Positions 47,818 through 53,098 of a stretch of 53,098 bases of DNA are shown in pieces (position 1 is the first letter of the stretch; the number at the start of each line of letters is the position of its first letter). Source of the DNA: an uncultured Leptospirales bacterium (GTDB lineage: Bacteria; Spirochaetota; UBA4802; UBA5550); NCBI GenBank assembly GCA_964423905.1, contig CAYRGX010000027.1, forward strand, positions 1 to 53,098. The letters run 5' to 3'. The position numbers and the translations under genes are program-made. The notes under the pieces are model-generated. The model saw only the letters and a program-made list of their open reading frames with translations. It did no database searches and had not been told where the DNA came from.

Positions 47818-48129
47818 TCAGATAAATACTTCCGGAGAGGCAGAGATCTTTTCAGCCAGAATTTTTATCTGGCGGACATTCAACCTTCTCTTGCCGTGAA
47901 GGATCTCGGAAACCACACCCTGCGAGCCGATTTCACCGAGATCAACCTGTTTCAAGCCACTCACTTTCATCAGATATTTCAACGCCTCAACCCCGGAGGC
48001 CACTGGCATCGGATCAGGTTCCCGCAACAGATGAAATACCTGTGTTTCCAATATTGAATAAATTGAGAATACATTTCTCTTGGATATATGTCTCACTTCG
48101 CCTATCCAGAAATTTTTACATGTTGACAT
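47818..48129 (-). CDS. XRE-family HTH protein, HigA-like antitoxin (orphan)
   Basis: C-terminal HTH_XRE ([54 protein letters not shown]). No adjacent toxin ORF. A shorter start at 48009 is possible. Confidence 0.55.
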   Translation of the reverse strand: MSTCKNFWIGEVRHISKRNVFSIYSILETQVFHLLREPDPMPVASGVEALKYLMKVSGLKQVDLGEIGSQGVVSEILHGKRRLNVRQIKILAEKISASPEVFI

Positions 48130-48232
48130 TTATCGAATTGTGTTGATATCATACCAATTGAGACACTTTGACCGGAACTCATATGAGAACACAATCCTAG
48201 TTATTAAAAATTTAATACATGGGAGATATCGT

Positions 48233-49846
48233 ATGACCACGAAAAAGTCCCTGCTTCTATCACTGGCAAAAATTGATCCGATCGCGTATCCGATCCTGCT
48301 CGGCCTGATCAGCTATTTTGCGTACTTTACCGGAGGATATAAGGATTCCGAGATCATGTACCTCTTCATCTATCTCGGCATCGGGGGGCTGATAGTGTTG
48401 ATCGCCGAGCGGATATATACGAATCACAAGGCGTCAATTCTACTGAAAAAGGTGAATGATGAAAAATATGACCGGCTCCAGGTTAAGAAAGATCTGCTCA
48501 CCTTTCCCTTGCATATCGGATTTCAATATGTGGTACTATGGTTTTTCGGCGGAGTATTCGTGGTGCTCCTCCTGTATATTAATATTGATATGACATTAAT
48601 GAAAGCCATGCCGTTCATACTGCTTGTGCCGGTCATGGCGCTGATTAACTTTAATGTGGGATGTATAATCGCCGACGGCAGCATTGAGGAGATCCTTTCA
48701 AGTGAATCGATCCGGGACGCGGAGCTGCCGGACGGTTCCTATGCAAAAGTCCTGCTGAAACATCGATTTAACTTAATGAACCTGGGCTCCTCGCTTGTAC
48801 CGGTAGTAGTATTAGGATATTTGCTCTACCTTGTTAATGCGAAGCAGATCGTGATGGAAAACTTCTGGCTTCACGTCGGTTTTATTCTCTTTCTTTCGGG
48901 ATTGACAAATGTCCTCACGACTAACATATTTATGAAAAGTATAACCAAAAGTACTTCGATGCTAGTGTCGGCGCTTACCGCGATTAAGGAGGGCAATCTC
49001 ACCATTGGAGGCGTTCCCATGACCACCTCGAGCGAGATAGGAGTGGTATGCCAGAGCGCCAACTTCCTCATTAAAAAGCTGCGCGAGGTGATCACCCTGG
49101 TGCAGGAGTCCACGGAGGTCGTCAGCGAGGGAAGCCAGAGCATCCAGGAGGCATCCGAGACTCTATCGCAGAGCGCCGGCGAGCAGGCCTCCGGAATCGA
49201 GGAGATTTCGTCAACCTTAGAGGAGATTCTTTCCACGGTGTCCCAGAACGCGGAAAACGCGGTGCGGGCGGAACATCTCGCCCAGAACTCGTACAATCTT
49301 GCCGAGAAGGGGAACAGCGTCATGGAAGAGGCGGTGAACGCCATTGAAAAGATCAACAAGTCGTCGGAAAAGATAAGCGATATAATCGGCATCATCAACG
49401 GCATCGCGTTCCAGACTAACCTTCTGGCCCTGAATGCGGCTGTTGAAGCGGCCCGCGCCGGCGAGCATGGCCGGAGCTTTGCCGTGGTTGCCGGGGAGGT
49501 GCGCAATCTGGCGCAGCGTTCCGGGGCCTCTTCAAAGGAGATAGAGGGGCTCATCAAGGCTTCAGTCGACCAGGTGGCCGAGGGGACCCGCCTTGCCGGG
49601 GACAGCGGGAGTTCCCTGAAGGAGATATTCGAGGCGATCACACAGGTCCGGCAGATGATCTCCGAGATCACCGCCGCCAGCCAGGAGCAGAAACTCGGCC
49701 TCAGCCAGATCTCGGATACCGTGACGGAGACAGACACCATAACCCAGCAGAACGCATCCGCGGCGGAAGAATTGACAACCACGGCCGAGAGCCTGAGGTC
49801 CAACGCCGTCGACTTGAAGCAAATGGTGAGCTATTTCAGGGTCTAG
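48233..49846 (+). CDS. methyl-accepting chemotaxis protein with polytopic N-terminal domain (paralog of 26347-27990)
   Basis: Same signalling core ([31 protein letters not shown]). About 6 TM helices. GGGAGA RBS at the internal ATG. Lower GC than its paralog. Confidence 0.85.
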   Translation: MTTKKSLLLSLAKIDPIAYPILLGLISYFAYFTGGYKDSEIMYLFIYLGIGGLIVLIAERIYTNHKASILLKKVNDEKYDRLQVKKDLLTFPLHIGFQYVVLWFFGGVFVVLLLYINIDMTLMKAMPFILLVPVMALINFNVGCIIADGSIEEILSSESIRDAELPDGSYAKVLLKHRFNLMNLGSSLVPVVVLGYLLYLVNAKQIVMENFWLHVGFILFLSGLTNVLTTNIFMKSITKSTSMLVSALTAIKEGNLTIGGVPMTTSSEIGVVCQSANFLIKKLREVITLVQESTEVVSEGSQSIQEASETLSQSAGEQASGIEEISSTLEEILSTVSQNAENAVRAEHLAQNSYNLAEKGNSVMEEAVNAIEKINKSSEKISDIIGIINGIAFQTNLLALNAAVEAARAGEHGRSFAVVAGEVRNLAQRSGASSKEIEGLIKASVDQVAEGTRLAGDSGSSLKEIFEAITQVRQMISEITAASQEQKLGLSQISDTVTETDTITQQNASAAEELTTTAESLRSNAVDLKQMVSYFRV

Positions 49847-49987
49847 CGCCTCAATCCCCAACCAGCATATTACCGTGAACTTTAAGCTTTCCGTTGAAAG
49901 TTGTAAACTATTTGTTGACATATTTATAATAAATTATAAAATTTATGTCGCCTTCCCATACCATATCATGACTTTCAGCAAACAACT

Positions 49988-50018
49988 GTCCAACAGTTTA
50001 AGTCCCATCTCACCTGCA
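49988..50018 (+). repeat. 31-bp tRNA-3'-end-like repeat, copy 1 (GTCCAACAGTTTAAGTCCCATCTCACCTGCA)
   Basis: 30/31 identical to 52944-52974. Resembles a T-loop/acceptor 3' segment (compare tRNA-Trp GGTTCGAGTCCCTCGTGACCTGCA). Confidence 0.6.
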
Positions 50019-50141
50019 TGCACCTGGCCCCAACTGTTAAATTGGGATTTTTCATTCAAACCATTTCTACAATGAAACATGTTCCCGTTTTTCTCTCATT
50101 ATTCTGTCCTCCGACTTAGAATTTGATGCAATTAAGCATCT

Positions 50142-50717
50142 TTACAGAAAAAGAGGAACATGCTGATCCAAAGGATACATAGTGTGATAATTTTTTTTCA
50201 TTTTCAAACCACGATCCACGACAATGCCCGCGACAACTCCCCAGAGCATGTGCATCACAAATGAACCGCCATACCATTGCAGCGTCGTAACAACCGTCAT
50301 ATTCAACAGGATTGGCGCCATCGCAAGAATCGGCTGGCTCAGTATCTCCGCATAAAGAACCGCGCACAGGACGGCCTTCTGCATGGTGTCCGTTTTAAAA
50401 ACAGCGATCCGTATCACTGCCGCGCCATATATCACACCGAACAAGGGCCCCACTACATAGTGAGCCGCCACGCCTGCCGTAACACCTCCGGCTGTTTCCA
50501 TGCCGAATCCCGATAAGAAACGGGCAACTGTGTTTCCAACGATTGCAAAGCAGGTGAGCGCGGGTAATCCTGCCACTGATAACGCCCCCATAAGTACGAG
50601 ATCCATAACAACCGTACCGGTCACGCCGCCAACCAATCCCCAGCCTATTCCCCTCGCAAGGGGGATCGAAGAGAAGGGTAGATCGGCCCTCAGATCATCA
50701 TTGTATTTTCCTTGCAT
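50142..50717 (-). CDS. hypothetical membrane protein (~5 TM)
   Basis: Internal ATG at 50717 has a perfect AGGAGA RBS. The GC-rich 5' extension of the track ORF was rejected. Confidence 0.5.
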   Translation of the reverse strand: MQGKYNDDLRADLPFSSIPLARGIGWGLVGGVTGTVVMDLVLMGALSVAGLPALTCFAIVGNTVARFLSGFGMETAGGVTAGVAAHYVVGPLFGVIYGAAVIRIAVFKTDTMQKAVLCAVLYAEILSQPILAMAPILLNMTVVTTLQWYGGSFVMHMLWGVVAGIVVDRGLKMKKNYHTMYPLDQHVPLFL

Positions 50718-51242
50718 GTCAATTCTCCTTTCAATAAACGGCCCTGATTTCAATTCTCGCTCATCCTGTCTGTCAGCGCGGCGTAGGATGGTTTTTGCTG
50801 CGCAGGTGCGCCCGAAAACCATCCTGCCGCCTTTTCTCAACTGCGTGCCATTGCCTTTGCGCCACCGGCGCGCAGTTCCGCCTGGTAGATCCTCCAGCCG
50901 GGCCACCATTTCATATGCCACCGATGAATGCGTGCAAAAAGAGACTGCGGCTTCGCCTGTGCCCTGCACCGGATGGAGCAGTCGGCACATTTGTGTAAGC
51001 TCATTATGGATTCAACCATCTCATACCTCCAAAAAATTATTCCCGATTCATTGCTTCGCCATTTCATGTTTTATCAGCCATCTATTATAAATGACGGATA
51101 CGGCAACGCGAAGGATACGGCAGGAGATAATTTTTTATTTTTTACGGATTTCTTCGATCGGCTCTATGCCCGCCAAACTGCCGGCCGGGACCGCTGGAGG
51201 GCGGTATGTATATCGATTTGTCTTATTCTTTAGGCAGGAAAT

Positions 51243-51815
51243 TTATCTCTTTAAGATTGAATCAAGTATTTGGATTATCAACGATGTAATATCATTCAGG
51301 CCTTTTTCAGGGTTGTCATGTCCTGCAAGGTGTAATTCAACGATTCCATGTATGCATGCGTATAAAATTGCTGACTTTTCTAATATTATTCTCTGATTTA
51401 ACTGCTTTGATTTCAACGCCATTGAAACAAAATAAGCGAACTTATTAAATACACCAATGGCTGCATGTCGAACATCGGGATAGTCACTTTCATCCCATTT
51501 ATAATTAAACATGAGCTGATAATGATCCGGATTATGTATTCCGAAATCATAATATATCATGCTCAACTCAAATAATAGCTGCCTGGGATTTTTTACTTTT
51601 TCTTCAAGCTCATTGAATTTCTCCTCCATACTATTAAAATTTTCAATAACTATAGCGGCCAATAACGACTCTTTATTTTCAAAATGACGGTATAGCGCAC
51701 CCCGTGATAAATGCGCAGCCTTGCCCACGGTTCTCATTGATATTTCCGCAATTCCTTTTTTATCAATAAGATCGCGTGTAGCTTTAAGAAGGATTTGTTT
51801 GGTATCATTGCCCAT
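51243..51815 (-). CDS. TetR/AcrR family transcriptional regulator
   Basis: N-terminal HTH (ISMRTVGKAAHLSRGALYRHFENKESLL). Low-GC gene. Confidence 0.85.
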   Translation of the reverse strand: MGNDTKQILLKATRDLIDKKGIAEISMRTVGKAAHLSRGALYRHFENKESLLAAIVIENFNSMEEKFNELEEKVKNPRQLLFELSMIYYDFGIHNPDHYQLMFNYKWDESDYPDVRHAAIGVFNKFAYFVSMALKSKQLNQRIILEKSAILYACIHGIVELHLAGHDNPEKGLNDITSLIIQILDSILKR

Positions 51816-51928
51816 TTGTTATTCCCGGGAATCATCTCAAGAACATATCTTATCAAAATTCAAGTCAAATTTGGCAGCCGTTGTAATGACTCCTTCAAGT
51901 ACGAATAAACCTTAAAAATTGCATCATT

Positions 51929-51947
51929 TTGTTGACACTGTCAACAA
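51929..51947. promoter_or_regulatory. 19-bp perfect palindrome TTGTTGACA-C-TGTCAACAA in the divergent TetR/SDR intergenic region (operator candidate; contains TTGACA)
   Basis: Seen directly in the sequence. Confidence 0.45.
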
Positions 51948-51967
51948 TTCATTTAGGGAAAACAACG

Positions 51968-52861
51968 ATGAAAACAATTATGGTTACTGGTACAACTTCA
52001 GGCCTTGGATTGGAAATCGCCTCGCAGTTGGCGAGAAATCCTGATATTAACATTATCATGGCGGTGAGGAACCTGAATAAAGGGACTGAGATAGCGCAGC
52101 AGCTCGGGAAAAACGTAGCGGCAGTACATTTGGACTTATCATCTTTAAGTAATGTCGCGGCATTTGTGAAGAAATGGCGTATAAAACTCGATGGACTGGT
52201 CAATAACGCCGGCGTCCAGTTCAGTACTCGGGAGAGCTTCACCACTGATTCTTTCGAGGAAACCATTGCCGTCAACCACCTGGCGGCGTTTCTGTTAACG
52301 ATAGGACTGGAAAAATATCTTTCCGGAGGAAAAGTGCTATTCATAGGGAGCGGTACGCACAATCCGAAACACAAAACCGCCGCAGCGTTTGGATTCCGTG
52401 GAGCACAATACACATCCGTCCAGGACCTGGCGCGAGGGAAATCGTCTATCGAAAATATTACGCAACTGAATTTGGACCGTTATGCTACATCCAAATTTTT
52501 GGTTACGGTGACTGCTGTCGAGTTGGCCCGCCGCAACAAGGCGTATCAGTCTTTTGTATTGGATCCAGGACTAATTCCAGGAACAGGTTTAGCAAGAACC
52601 CAAAGCTCCATGATGCAGTTCATGTGGAGAAGAGTTTTGCCGTTGGCAGGTACTTTACTTCCCGACACCTCCAGCGCAAAAAAAAGCGCCTCGGCTGCCG
52701 CATGGATCATGACCGAGGCAAACCTTCCCTATCCCAGTGGAACGATCTTTTCCTACGACAAAAAACCATGCAAACATGTATGGAAAGAAATGGTCATGAA
52801 TCCTAAGATTGGCGCCGATGTCTACGAACAATCACTACGAATAGTTGAAAGCTACGGATAA
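51968..52861 (+). CDS. SDR family NAD(P)-dependent oxidoreductase (retinol/protochlorophyllide-reductase-like)
   Basis: TGTTSGLGLE Rossmann motif, NNAG, and a YATSK catalytic motif. Confidence 0.8.
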   Translation: MKTIMVTGTTSGLGLEIASQLARNPDINIIMAVRNLNKGTEIAQQLGKNVAAVHLDLSSLSNVAAFVKKWRIKLDGLVNNAGVQFSTRESFTTDSFEETIAVNHLAAFLLTIGLEKYLSGGKVLFIGSGTHNPKHKTAAAFGFRGAQYTSVQDLARGKSSIENITQLNLDRYATSKFLVTVTAVELARRNKAYQSFVLDPGLIPGTGLARTQSSMMQFMWRRVLPLAGTLLPDTSSAKKSASAAAWIMTEANLPYPSGTIFSYDKKPCKHVWKEMVMNPKIGADVYEQSLRIVESYG

Positions 52862-52943
52862 TAATTCTATTTCTCAATGAAGGCATCCAAGATTCATATC
52901 AATCCGCCTTCCGAAACCAAAGTAAGACAAATAACAATGTATT

Positions 52944-52974
52944 GTCCAATAGTTTAAGTCCCATCTCACCTGCA
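52944..52974 (+). repeat. 31-bp tRNA-3'-end-like repeat, copy 2, followed by the hairpin GGCGGGG-ttgaaaga-CCCAGCC
   Basis: 30/31 identical to copy 1. The downstream hairpin is near-identical to the one after tRNA-Trp. Confidence 0.6.
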
Positions 52975-53098
52975 GCATAGAACGAGAAAAAAGGCGGGGT
53001 TGAAAGACCCAGCCTTTTTCATTTTCAGATAGCCAATTAATTGTGGAAACTTCTAAAAACTCATGATTAATTGACAAGATACATGGCTCTGATAGACT

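Noticed and set aside
52874-53077. 67-aa minus ORF at the window edge
   Set aside because: It spans the tRNA-like repeat and the terminator hairpin; likely non-coding.

Overview
53.1-kb bacterial chromosomal window, mostly high GC (~60-65%), with several short low-GC patches. Gene content is housekeeping plus stress, envelope and chemotaxis functions.

Supported genes: panB with a divergent Lrp/AsnC regulator, purF, a class II CPD photolyase, HtrA and HtpX proteases followed by a PAS histidine kinase (pseudo-receiver N-terminus) and a NarL-type regulator, an Hsp20 gene behind a perfect CIRCE element, CheX, two paralogous methyl-accepting chemotaxis proteins with polytopic N-terminal domains, a YqiK/flotillin SPFH protein, an Omp85-family outer-membrane protein, an M28 peptidase, SixA, two PlsC-type acyltransferases, a CPBP protease, TetR and MarR regulators with palindromic operators, a vapBC pair, and tRNA-Trp.

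Best candidates for something new:
(i) A four-gene minus-strand cluster (17.0-18.5 kb): two paralogous minimal nucleotidyltransferases, each next to a ~65-aa non-HEPN partner ORF, in mirrored order.
(ii) The low-GC segment downstream of tRNA-Trp (47.7-53.1 kb). It is punctuated by two 31-bp, 30/31-identical tRNA-3'-end-like repeats, and copy 2 is followed by a duplicated copy of the hairpin found right after the tRNA. This looks like decayed tandem integration remnants.
(iii) An unannotated 57-aa Cys4 zinc-ribbon ORF beside a Trm112-like gene.
(iv) An over-represented GGGGATAT/ATATCCCC intergenic motif.

All functional calls come from reading translated motifs by eye. No database searches were run.
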